NCBI GenBank assembly: GCA_002269645.1
Contig: NIVC01002075.1
Span: forward strand, 1-49,371
Origin: Macrostomum lignano
Lineage: Eukaryota
Direction: 5' to 3'
Length of the DNA: 49,371 bases
Shown here: piece by piece, positions 12,808 through 23,800 of the stretch
Layout of the letters: every line of letters begins with the position of its first letter
How positions within the stretch are numbered: the stretch's first letter is position 1
Notes under the pieces: model-generated
What the model was told of the DNA's origin: nothing
Seen by the model: only the letters and a program-made list of their open reading frames with translations
Databases searched by the model: none
Program-made: the position numbers and the translations under genes

Positions 12808-14031
12808 TTAGTCCTCAATCTCGTTCGTGGTCGAGTTTCCGAGGGGTCGCAATGGAATCTCAACCTCTGGGCAGGCATTATCTTTAGCTTGGCGAGACGA
12901 AGTCAGGCCGTCGACCGGCGGCTGCTGCTGCTGCTGCTTGAATCGGCGGGGCAGCAGCCGCCTGCAGGCTTCGAACTTATGCGCCAGCAGTACGAAACAG
13001 ACAAAGGCGAAGTAGGCGATAGAGCTGAGCACATTTTTCAACGGCTGCAAGATGTACAGCAGCAGAATGTACTCGCGGCCGGACATTTCCTTGCGCAGGT
13101 GAACTGTTCGAGCTTTGAAAGCGCTGGTAACGGCCAGGGGCGGATAGCAGACTACGGCGAGAACAAGGAACAGCGTCCTGGCACTGGCGTTGATGAGCTC
13201 GGCGCTTTCAAAGCCGGACTGTTGCTGCTGCTGATGATGATGAGGATGCTGTCTCTGGCCCGGCTGCTGGTGCGGCTGCTGGTGAAGCTGATAGTTCGGT
13301 TGCCGGCGCGAGCGAAGACAGCCGAACAGCACAGTGAAAGTGCTGGCGCTGAACAGCAGAGCGGGCGCGTAGGCGTTGGCCACAATCTCTAAAATGATTG
13401 ACACCACGTAGACGGTGTGGAACTCGGGCAGAATGCCGCACACCAGCTCTGGCAACTGCTCGGGTCCCGCTGTAGAGTTTAGCAGGGTTCTCGAGCCATC
13501 GCCGCTGCCACTGCTGTGGGCTTTATGCCGGCTAACGATGCTAAACATCCAGATGTAGTTGAGGTGTCCGGCCAGAACGACAGCTCCGGCGGCGGCGATG
13601 CCGATGCGCAGTCGGAACTGGCTGAAGTGCTTGAAAGCGAATCGCGGGCTGAGGCTCATAGCGGCCCGCTCCATGGCGAACAGGGCTAGCATCCACACCT
13701 GAGCGGTGGTCGTAGCGTTGTCGCTGAAGTGATGGAGCTTGCAGACCCAGGCGCTCACGTGACGGCTAGCTGTAGTGAGCAGGTCTGGCTGGCTGAGCAC
13801 GGTAAAGAGCGCCTTGTGCAGCAGGCAGAGCAAGTCGGCCACGCAGTTCCAGCGGATAATCAGCAGGCAGCCGAGCTTGTAGCGGCTGAAGGGCAGCCGG
13901 CTGAGCAGGTGAATGCTTGCGGATAGAAGCGCAATCGATACGCAGCAGTTGCCAAGAGCTACCCAGGTGAGTGTAGTGCTCAAGTCGGAGGTCTCCTGAT
14001 CAGGTGGGTTGGTCCAATTGGTTTCCTTCAT
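12808..14031 (-). CDS. Intronless rhodopsin-family (class A) GPCR, orphan/peptide-receptor-like, about 407 aa
   Basis: ATG at 14031 (the ORF track starts at TTG 14040). N-glycosylation sequon NWT; seven hydrophobic segments; TM2 ..ADLL; TM3 Cys (VCKL); ERA at the DRY position; ECL2 Cys (LVCG); TM6 CYPP; Gln/His-rich ICL3. Confidence 0.85.
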   Translation of the reverse strand: MKETNWTNPPDQETSDLSTTLTWVALGNCCVSIALLSASIHLLSRLPFSRYKLGCLLIIRWNCVADLLCLLHKALFTVLSQPDLLTTASRHVSAWVCKLHHFSDNATTTAQVWMLALFAMERAAMSLSPRFAFKHFSQFRLRIGIAAAGAVVLAGHLNYIWMFSIVSRHKAHSSGSGDGSRTLLNSTAGPEQLPELVCGILPEFHTVYVVSIILEIVANAYAPALLFSASTFTVLFGCLRSRRQPNYQLHQQPHQQPGQRQHPHHHQQQQQSGFESAELINASARTLFLVLAVVCYPPLAVTSAFKARTVHLRKEMSGREYILLLYILQPLKNVLSSIAYFAFVCFVLLAHKFEACRRLLPRRFKQQQQQPPVDGLTSSRQAKDNACPEVEIPLRPLGNSTTNEIED

Positions 14032-14119
14032 TTCCTGCAATTCTGTCTTGTCAGATTGGAGAGCGGATTAGCCTACAATATAATAATAAGCTGGGCGAGC
14101 GGCGGGTGGGGCTCGCGAG

Positions 14120-14200
14120 GCCGGGGAAATTCAATTAAATGCGGCGTCGGGATCAGGCCGAGCGGAGGTGGGCGCGGCGACTGCGGATTGGTCGGCTCCA
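14120..14200 (-). promoter_or_regulatory. GC-rich putative GPCR proximal promoter with CCAAT box
   Basis: CpG-rich patch about 90-170 nt upstream of the GPCR ATG; minus strand reads CCGACCAATCCGCAGTCGCCGCGCCCACCTCC. Inference only. Confidence 0.3.
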
Positions 14201-14557
14201 TCTGAAAGATGATTAGCAGAGAGGCTTGGGAGATTCTAATTGACAGCCTAGGGATATCTGAAACGAAATCGGGAGGTTAAATTATCTGATTAGTTGATTT
14301 AGCTGATTAGAAAATAGAGATTTTAAGTAGATGCTGAAGATTTTGTTGCGAATCAGTCAGCTTAAGCTTTCAAATGAGGATTCAATCGATTGAAACGGAA
14401 ATATGAAGTGAAGTATAGAAACCTGCGACTTTTTCAATGAATCATTTTTTTAAGTACGAGTCTAAATTATTGCACAACGGAATATTCCTTGATTAAGGTA
14501 AGGTAGCACGCTTTAGAAGGCAAAGAAATATAAAAGTGAAGATCAACATAGATTACA

Positions 14558-14603
14558 TTCTTTCGACGCGTTTCGGTCCAACAAGTGCCATCTTCAGGTC
14601 TGG
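14558..14603 (-). ncRNA. Minimal hammerhead-ribozyme-like motif in the left (inverted) PLE terminal repeat
   Basis: Minus strand reads CCTGAAGATGGCACTTGTTGGACCGAAACGCGTCG, the same core as the right copy. Confidence 0.45.
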
Positions 14604-16454
14604 TGTATTTATAGTCATTAGTCATTAGTCAGTAGCCATTAGTCATTTTTAATCATAGTCAAAATCGTTAGCTATGATAAAGGATATGGCGTTGCCATCA
14701 TGGACACCAATGATTACAACATGAAAATGAACGAGATTGTTCAAGACCAATCCAAATTCCACTGTCTGGGAGATATAACTGAAGTTTCCACTGCGCATCC
14801 TGTTCTGAAAGCTGAGAGATCCTTGCAGAGTTTTTGCGCAACCATGTGAAACAACACATTGAAGACGAAACTTTCAAACGCATCAGGCCAAATGGTAGCC
14901 AGCCTGGTCAACTATATGGCGTCTGCAAAATTCACAAACCGAACAAACCTCTTAGACCTATTGTTTCCATGATTAATACGGCTGAGTACCAAATAGCCAA
15001 AATCTCGATCACCTGATCAAGCCCACATCCCACGTGACCATTCCATCAACTCGACCACTGACTTTATGAACCATCTGAAAGAGGTTACCCCAACTAACGA
15101 AGACTACATTTGTAGCTTTGATGTGACCTCTCTGTTCACGAATGTTCCTCTGCAGTTTGCTATTGATCTAGCCGCTGACTATGTCTATGAGCATGCCCCT
15201 CCGAAATTCCCAAAAAGTACTTTCAAAAAACTTATGAACTTTGCCACCTCCGGTCTGTTCCTTTTTAATGATAAGTACATCGCCAAATCGACGGCTGCGC
15301 GATGGGTAGCCCCTTTGCGCCCACTCTTGCCAACATCTGTATGACTCATTGGGAGAAACAATGGATGACTCTGCGATTCGTTGATGACACCTTTGCCATT
15401 TTCAAAGGGGGATCGGATCATGAAGAGTTTCTTGCTGCTCTGAACTCCACTCACAAAAAACATCCAGTTCACTGTTGAATTTGGTGACAAGAAACTCCCT
15501 TTCCTTGATGTTGACGTTGACATCCACAGTAATACTGTTTCCACTAAAGTTTACCGCAAGCCCACTTTCACGAACTTGATGCTTAATTTTGGAGCTGTGT
15601 GTCCCAGACAGTGGAAAGTTGGCCTGATTCGTTGTTTGTTGCACAGGGCCTACACGGTTTGCAGCTCTTGGACCAATTTCAACATTGAAGTTAACAATCT
15701 CACCAAAACTCTGAGAATGAATCAATTTCCCAGAAATGCCATTAGCACTGAAATCAATAGATTCATCTCTAATAAAATGACGGACAAACCGAGTTTTGCT
15801 TCTGATAAGGATGTGTTAAAAAACTTGCCCGAGCATGGTCTTACCATTCTACGGTAGCTGCTCTAACCTGTTGAAGAAGAAAATTGAAAAAAGCTTCTGT
15901 AAATTCTTTAACACGCCTATTAAGATAGTTTTCCGCACTGCTAAGGTCGGCCACACAATACGTTAGTAGACTGAAATCCCATGTTCCTCTTGCTCTGGAG
16001 GCAGGTGTTGTGTATAAGTTCTCTTGTTCTGTTGACCAGAACATTTCCTATATAGGTAAAACTAAAAGGCACTTGTACACCAGAGTCAGAGAGCATTGGT
16101 TGAAAAGGTCGGCTATCCAAGACCACCTGCTCTGTTGCAACAGTTGTTGCGAAATTGACCAAACTCAGCAGTTCAAAATTATTGATCAGTGTAGGACTGA
16201 CTTTAGGCTTCATATACTTGAATCCATGTACATTATTAAAAACCAAAAACCAAATCTGAATATTCAGCTCTCCCAGATAGTGGTGCGGGCCATTTGCTCA
16301 AGGTGTTCTAAGTGAAGGCACAAACCTGAACAATGTACTTGTAATCTGCAGCTCATTTACTTTGAAAATTCTGCCCATGATATGCCCCTTGGACTGTACA
16401 GTAAACATTTGTTCGCTTATCTCTTATAAAAGTTGTTGTGTGACTAAAAATACA

Positions 16455-16500
16455 CCAAACCTGAAGATGGCCCTTGTTGGACCGAAACGCGTCGACAGAA
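16455..16500 (+). ncRNA. Minimal hammerhead-ribozyme-like motif in the right PLE terminal repeat
   Basis: CTGAAGA (16461-16467), short helix II GG..CC, GAAAC (16484-16488), palindromic ACGCGT and a GTC cleavage triplet (16491-16493). Helix I is only about 1 bp by my reading. Confidence 0.5.
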
Positions 16501-17454
16501 TGTAATCTATGTTGATCTTCACTTTTATATTTCTATTCCTTGATTAGTCCAGCGTACAGAGCTGAATCTACGGTCGTATCCTAGCTGAGCTGCTGCTAAA
16601 TCACGATTAAATGCAGCAAAGAAATCGCGCGATAAAATCGATGAACTTTGGTGACTTTTGCGGAAGGGACCTGCGAGACAGGGAGAGAGATCAATAGCTA
16701 ATGTAAAAATCTTGTTACTGCACTCTTTCATTGATAATTCGATCGTCGGATCGTTGGAGAATCTTTCTGCAGCGGACCCTGCTGCGTACTAGTGGCATGC
16801 CTGGCCAACTATGTCTTGCTGTGCTAGCAACCCGCGGCGGAAGGCATGGACAGCACGGATATTGTGTGAGCTTAAATGAGTCGCCTTGTGCTATGCAAGG
16901 TCAGGGGGGGGTTTAATATCCCAATTCAGCAAAAAACCTACGTGCAGAAGAATGATGAGCAAATGCTGTACTCGAAAAGTACATTTTAGGCGATGGTGAT
17001 GATTATGATATACTGAGTTTCAATAAATTCAGCGCAAAGAATAAACAAGTAAAGGAGCAAAAGTGCAAGCAGGGAGAAAATTTAACTCTATAGTCGTACA
17101 GCAATAACTAGGGAATTATATAGTTTAGAAGATTAAAACCAGGCTTTTCTGCTGCCATCTGAGCGCATTGGCAGAGTCTGAGCCAGTAAGTCAACAAAAT
17201 ACTAAGCGACAGCTGAGTAAGAACCAGCAGAGCGTGATAAGGCGGTCGGGGGGCACCTCGTGTGCGGTCAATTTTGAACGGAATTCAAACTGACACTGCA
17301 GGGTGAGGGAAACTTTTGCGAATTATTAAGTACATGGAAAGCGTTTGGAACACTAGACATTGGAGAGCTGATTTTTAACGTATATGGTAGAACAGAAGCA
17401 ACGTGTTGACAAAGTCATAAAATAGATTGTAGTCGTGGATCGCTTGGTATATGT

Positions 17455-18160
17455 CAGTGTCCCACACTCAATGGGTTCTGTCTCTGCACAGGACTGTCTG
17501 TGTCCTGGATAGCTTGGTGTGTCAGTGCCCCAGACTGTGGGTTCTGTCTCTGCACAGGAATGCCTGTGTCCTGGATAGCTTGGTGTGTCAGTACCTCAGA
17601 CTGTGGGATCTGTCTCTGCACAGGACTGCCTGTGTCCTGGATAGCTTGGTGTGTCAGTACCTCAGACTGTGGGATCTGTCTCTGCACAAGATGTCTGTGT
17701 CCTGGATAGCTTGGTGTGTCAGTGCCTCAGACTGTGGGGTCTGTGTCCTGGATAGCTTGGTGTGTCAGTGCCCCAGACTGTGGGTTCTGTCTCTGCACAG
17801 GATGTCTGTGTCCTGGATAGCTTGGTGTGTCAGTGCCTCAGACTGTGGGGTCTGTGTCCTGGATAGCTTGGTGTGTCAGTGCCTCAGACTGTGGGGTCTG
17901 TGTCCTGGATAGCTTGGTGTGTCAGTACCTCAGACTGTGGGATCTGTCTCTGCACAAGATGTCTGTGTCCTGGATAGCTTGGTGTGTCAGTGCCTCAGAC
18001 TGTGGGGTCTGTGTCCTGGATAGCTTGGTGTGTCAGTGCCTCAGACTGTGGGGTCTGTGTCCTGGATAGCTTGGTGTGTCAGTGCCCCAGACTGCGGGTT
18101 CTGTTTCTGCACAGGACTGTCTGTGTCCTGGATAGGTTGGTGCGTCAGTGCTCTGGACTC
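17455..18160. repeat. Composite minisatellite with units of about 41 and 62 bp (CTGTGTCCTGGATAGCTTGGTGTGTCAGTGCCTCAGACTGTGGG...)
   Basis: Direct inspection; source of the Cys/Trp-rich pseudo-ORFs. Confidence 0.93.
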
Positions 18161-18570
18161 TGAGTCTAAAAAATGCTTCAGAATTTGTCACATTTGTTAC
18201 TTTCTTTTAAGCAATGTAACAAATTTCTCGTGGCTTAGAGGCTTAGGACCGTCTCCGTCTGCCTTTATCATCCGACACTGCGCCGTCAGTCCCTTTAAAG
18301 TCGACACGCTTAGCTGTTTACGGCTATTTTCTATTTAAGTCTTGTAGGTATATTACTGCAGTTGTTGTGGGGACGAATCTTAAACTCTTGTTTGCATTTC
18401 ACATTCCCAAAATTTCACATAGCATCTTCACAACCTCAAAACTTCACAGTTTTGTGTCTAGGCCATGCTTGATTTTTATCGAGTAGAGTATTTGGCAGAA
18501 GGAATCGGATTTATTAGCTTTTAGTTAAATTCAAATATAGGCTGTTCAGCATTTGTTATCATAGTATATC

Positions 18571-18967
18571 AGTTGGACTCGGCGCACTCAGGGCTGCTCC
18601 GTGAGGCCTTTCGAGCTGACGAGAACGTCGGGACCGAGGCCCTGTACGATCGGGCCAAGCTACAGCGCTCGTCCATCATCCTGCGCCGGTGGCGACTTTA
18701 ACTGGCGGGTCACGTGATCCGGGCCGAAGGCTACTGCCTTCGACCTGCTCAGGACGTCCTGCTGCTCACCTTGTAGGGCCCGTTCAGGCGGGGTAAGGCC
18801 CGAACCCGTCGATACGTGGACTGCCTCCTATGCGACGTTGGGGCGCCCGACACTGCCAACGGCACGGACTTTGTCCGCTCTCAGGCTCTGCGGCGCGCCC
18901 TCTGACGCGCCCTGCTTTAACTGTGACTTTGCATGCGGGACGGCGTAATTTGTTGTTGCTGCTGTTG
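18571..18967 (+). mobile_element. 5'-truncated non-LTR retrotransposon 3' end (RTE/RTE-X-like C-terminus) with (GTT)n tail and 18-bp TSD
   Basis: Translates ...ILRRWRL*LAGHVIR...GPFRRGKARTRRYVD..., the LINE RRL.W.GH..R and G.R.RG motifs. Tail TTGTTGTTGCTGCTGTTG. Flanked by TTGTTATCATAGTATATC (18553-18570) and TTGTTATCATATTATATC (18968-18985), with 1 mismatch. Confidence 0.85.
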
Positions 18968-19160
18968 TTGTTATCATATTATATCTTATTCAATTTCAAC
19001 CCATTTGTGGCTGTAGTCGGTTGGGACTTGTCAAGAATATCAATAAACTGCGAGTATTTAATTATGGACAAGTTCGTGGTCTCGCGGTTTAGGCTACTGG
19101 TTTTATTTAGCTTAGTAACTTAATATTCTCGTGGATTATCTGGTAGTTTGGTAGATTCGC

Positions 19161-19867
19161 TGTCACCAGGTCCCTGATTTCCCTAATTCTAGTATTTAGA
19201 TATTAAAGAAGTGAGTCAGGACACCGATTGAAAATTTAAACACAAGTTTATGAAAAAAGAATTAGTTAACGTTAGTTGTACAAAAGTTGTTGTTTACATT
19301 AGTTTCCTATACCCCTTATGTGCTTTTGGGCAAGACTCTTAATGTTTCGAGGCAAGACTCCTCTTGTGCAAGCTAATTCTTATTCTTATTTCCCAATTTT
19401 TCCCTTTCTACCTTGAATTACTTGATAAAATTTCTAAATTAGAAGCGACGCAAACGGATCCAGGAGCCCAACTGCTCTTTACTAGTAATGAAGTCCCAAA
19501 ATTCGCGATTTACCCCTGCCCTAATTATTTTCCCTGGCTAAAACCACTGATAGTAGTGAAAAAGCGTATTTGAATTCACCCGCTAATTTAATGCCCTACT
19601 ACAATTATAGTTGAAAACAAAACCGACGGAAAAGTAAGTGGGGCTCAGCTAGGGCCCCAGCGGGTATATTTATGTCAGTACTAGCATAACGCAAGGAGGG
19701 GTGGAGTGCGCGACTTAAGGAAAGAAGCGAGATTGAAGAGCCAATCAGAAGGCAGCGAGGGAGAGAGATACGAAGAATAACAAGACTGAACTAGACAGAG
19801 AGGGAGAGAAAACAGTCAACAGAGACGAGTGCAGATGAACTAAGAAAGGACTAAGAAAGTCGCGACA
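19161..19867. mobile_element. Solo-LTR-like element (TGTC...GACA termini)
   Basis: Starts TGTCACC and ends GCGACA. Its last 170 bp or so recur at 40958-41139, ending at the same GCGACA. No TSD found. Confidence 0.5.
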
Positions 19868-20194
19868 GGACTTAAGTAATTAACTAGGGACTGCCTACGT
19901 CCATCAGGTATTGATTTAATTTCTTCATCGAAATCAAGTTTAGCCAGACAGCCTAAAAACATTACAGTTGCTTCATACCTTCATGAACTGGCAGCAGTTC
20001 CAGTTCAAATCTCTATTATGCAGCCTCACGCGTCATATGCAGCCTGCGCAGCAAAGTTATTTTGCCGCACTAATAAGCAATCTGATCCAAAAGCTTATTG
20101 AAAGTGGATTAGAATTTTTATGAGTTAATTAGTTATTTATTACTTCTCAATACAGTTAAGCATGGTATTGCAGCATATACTCACTCACAGGGTG

Positions 20195-23100
20195 TGTAGC
20201 GACCCTGACTTTCCGGAGTGCAAGCGCTAGAAATGTGTGCTCACATTCTAAGACCTTCATCTGAAACGGCCCCTAGCCAGCTCAGCGCTCGAAACAGACC
20301 GGAACAGACTGGTTGACCTTGGCAGGCAGACGATGGCAAGACCACCTCCAGGCGCAGGCAGGCTCGCAGCTCGAAAGGCGAGCGTGAACAATAGCACACA
20401 AGGAGAGCACTGCTTGAGTTCAAAGTCGCCTCATTCTAAATAACTCTCCCTCTTCTCAGGACTGCACAGTTGTTCGACAGAAATGCACTGAGCAAAGGCT
20501 CGACAGGTTCAGAAATTGAGACTCACTTCTCCGAATTTGGTGGCTCAAATCGTCCAGTGCGTGTTAATATCTTGCTGTTACTATAGGCAGGTGACATGGA
20601 TACTTTGGAATAAAAGCACTTTGTGTTGGGTTTGTGTTTTGGTTTTGCTCTGAGTGCATGCTGTACTTTTTTCTCTCTCTAATTCTAGTTTTATGCCCTT
20701 TCATTTTCTTGTTTGCACCTGCACATTCGTGCATGATCTTAAGCCCCAAATATTATCCATTGAGTATTTACTATGCACCTGAAAATTATCAATAAAAAGG
20801 TTTTGCCTATGAGTTACGAGCTTGTATCGTTTGATCACTGGTTTTTTTCGCTTGCAAATATGACTAAACTTGTCAGTTTGTCTACTCTCGTAGTCATAAG
20901 CAGGACGAGTATCAAACTGAGAGAAACGTTGCCGATAAACAACACAGAAGAGCTTTCTGCATGGATCAGTTTTTGATGCACAAGCCAGATCGAAAGGAAT
21001 TGAAGACACCGATGAAAGACCAGCGCTGACAGATGCCTTTCTGGTGGGTTAAAGTTAAACAACTGGTGACTCCGAAGACCGTGTCTGAGCTCAAATGGTC
21101 TGCTATCAAGGCAAGTCTGCTGCTGTTCATGAAGCCCAAAAAGTAGTTGCTGATCGCCGAACGGACCTCCTTCGTGTCTATGCACCAAGCCGAAGGTGAG
21201 ACTGTCACCAGCAATGCTGCCCGTCTGAGGTAGCAAGCTGTCACGTGCAAGTTTGAGAAACCGAAAGTCAAGAGAGCGGATCCAGCAGAATAGCTCATTT
21301 AATTGCGGCTCATTGCCGGCCTGGCCAACCAGGACATCAGGAACAAGGTGCTGGAGCGTGAAGTGAATCAGGAGCTGTCAGTCGATCAAGTCAACGACGA
21401 TGTGCAGCAGTTACTGATGGTCAGCAAATTTTCTACCGAGCATATGGCGATCGCCGCTTCGGTGGATTCGTTGGTGCACCTGGCCAGGTCGCCGTCAACC
21501 CAAGCGCCAGTCTCTGCTGCTGATGCTCTCAACAATCCTTAAGGTTCAGATTGTGTGAATGCCGTGGAGAGGCAAAAACTGAGGAACTTACAATCTCAGC
21601 GTTTTCAGCGTTGTGGGCAGTGGTCGCACCACAATCCAGCCGACTGCCACGTCCTGAGGGCCACCTGCCATCAGTGCGAAAAGCCAGGTCACTTCTCACG
21701 CGTGTGCCGGAGCGCCAGGACCCACATTGCGGCGCCGATTGAAGCCGCTGGCATCCAGTTGAGCTCAAAAGGCGGATGTGATGAGTCCGTGTTTGGACAA
21801 GGAAAACAAGGAAACAAGGAAATGAGGATGGAGAAAGACAGTGGTGCCTCCTGTTCGTTGATCTCCCGGAGGATCTGGAATGAGCTCGGAAGGGCACCTC
21901 TTAAAATGGCGAAGCCACGCATGTTGGCCTACGACGGACATGTGATGAGACAGCTGAGCGTTCTGGAGTGCCTGGTGGAGACCGGCGGCAGCAAAAGCCA
22001 ATTCAGGACTGCCGAGCTGCCCGTCATTGACTGTCAACAAGAGTTCGGGTTGCTCGGCCAGAATCTACAGACTCCCACACCGGTGCATCATGCAAACTCT
22101 GCAGAACCAGCGGCCAGTGACAGGTGTGAGAGCTTGTTGGGAATTTCTGGTGCCATGGGAGAAATTTGCCTTTGCGCTGGAGTGAAACCAATCTTCCTGC
22201 CAGCTAGGGAACTCCTTTAGCGTTGAGGCATTTAGATAAGGAGTTGAATCTGATGGAAGGTGCTGGAATTGTTGAAAAGGTAACGTCTTCTGAATGGGGC
22301 AGTCCAATTGTCGTAACGGCGAAGTCTGACCTAGCATCTGTGAGAATCTGTGGAGACTATTCAGTGGTTAATCGATGGGTGCAGGACCAGATTTACCTAA
22401 CGCCATCAATAGAAGCAGCCTTCTCTAAGATGGCCAACAAAAAGCCATTCTGTCGGATGCTTACTACCAGATTCCTTTGAATGAAGAGTCCAAGGCAGTA
22501 ATAACGATTAACACTCGGCTGCCTTATGATATCAAGGTGTCACCTCAATTTTTCAACGCGAAATGGAGAAGCTTATTGGAGATGTGTGATAGTTTACCAG
22601 GATGATGTGCTGATCGGCATTCGCTCATGTCAAGAAAATCTGGGTTTCAATCCATGCATCAAGCCATTTGATGTCTGCTTACCAGTCTGTCTTAGGGTCG
22701 ATGCTAGTGAGAAATCTTTGGGTGCTGTGCTGGTCCAGTCGGGCCATCCCGTAACATCGTAAATGTTCATGTCCAGGGCGCTCTCACAAGCAGAAACCAA
22801 CTATTCGAACATCGAGAGGGAAGCGTTGGCGATAGATTGGGCTGTTGAACGGGCTCGAAAAAAATTGACTCTTCAGACTGATGAGCCTTTAAAATACATC
22901 CTAAACCCAAGCAAAAATCTTCCAAAGATGATTTCAGCCAGATTGACCCAGTGGACTAATGGACTTGAGATTGTCGGCTAATGACTATGAGATCGAATAT
23001 GGGCCAGGAAGGAAAATTCAAGATGCGGACGCTTTGTCAAGACTCAGTTTTGAAAGCTGCGAGCCTGAGACTGACTCCGACTCGGCTCATCATGCAGTGA

Positions 23101-23340
23101 AGATCACAGAAGGCCTGGCAACGATTGAGGAATCTGCTGTCGGGAGGCGGACGGACGGGGGAGCATGGGAGTTTCCTGTCGAAATTTTCCCGCAAAAGTT
23201 TACCGATGAGATTTGTCATCTGTGGTTCTTCTCGAGAGTGTCGCAGTGGCTGAAAAGTGTCGGATGCCAGGAGGTGCGCATCCCGCCTTATCATACCGCT
23301 TTCATAAGACTGAAAAGTGTCGGAATTGATAGGAGTTTTT
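20195..23340 (+). mobile_element. Decayed Ty3/Gypsy (Mag-like) LTR retrotransposon: gag-PR-RT-RH and partial integrase
   Basis: Gag LIAER...LRLIAGLANQDIRNKVLE; two CCHC knuckles (CQRCGQWSHHNPADC, CHQCEKPGHFSRVC); protease DSGASCSLI; RT EWGSPIV, VRICGDY, YQDDVLI; RNase H DASEKSLGAVL, NYSNIEREALAI, DADALSRL; integrase remnant WLKSVGC..IPPYH. Many stops and frameshifts. The 5' boundary (TGTAGCG at 20195) is tentative. Confidence 0.92.
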
Positions 23341-23466
23341 GCGGTCTCAGCTATAGGTAGAACAACAGAACTAGTCTTTTTATTAAACCCACTGTCGAAA
23401 TTGAAGGCAAAGTTTTTCGATTTATTACGAATCCTTTCTTTTTGTCCATTTTGCCGACAATAACGT

Positions 23467-23800
23467 GGGTTGTAGCCTAGTGGTTAGAGCGTCGGACTCA
23501 CGACTGAAAGGTAGGGGGTTCGATTCTCAACCTACTCGGAACAATTTGTGTCCTTGAGCAAGACACGCGTCACCCTTTCGTAGCATAGGAAATGGGTTAG
23601 AAGTGGAACCCGAAGCCTGGCGAAGAACGACACAAGGACTAGTAGTGTTCCTAGTGGTCCTTGGAATGACACCGCAGACTGAGTCGCACTTTACGACATA
23701 TAGATCTTTTCAAACGAACTCGCAGTGGGATCTGATGAGAAGACCATGAGAGAAGTCTCCACCGGAAGCCACCTCGAGCACGATAACAGTCTAGATAACC
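23467..23800 (+). mobile_element. tRNA-derived SINE (Pol III A/B boxes plus conserved GTGTCCTTGAGCAAGACAC domain)
   Basis: A box TAGCCTAGTGG (23473), B box GGTTCGATTCT (23517), central hairpin 23548-23566; head shared with 40031. The 3' end is uncertain. Confidence 0.75.

Larger units (their letters stand above)
14524..16534 (+). mobile_element. Penelope-like retroelement (RT + GIY-YIG endonuclease), 5'-truncated and frameshifted, with inverted terminal repeats of about 90 bp
   Basis: RT motifs across frames: PGQLYGVCKIHKPNKPLRPIVS, SFDVTSLFTNVP, (R)FVDD, LPFLDV, VYRKPT. Endonuclease: VYKFSC...YIGKTKRHLYTRVREH...ILESMYI...PNLN. 14524-14615 is the reverse complement of about 16441-16534. Confidence 0.93.

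Noticed and set aside
23467-23540. tRNA genes at 23467, 40031 and 47197
   Set aside because: Anticodon and acceptor stems do not pair and the heads run into SINE bodies.
23700-23760. Hammerhead ribozyme around CTGATGA in the SINE 3' region
   Set aside because: No correctly placed GAAA or helix I; the fold cannot be completed.
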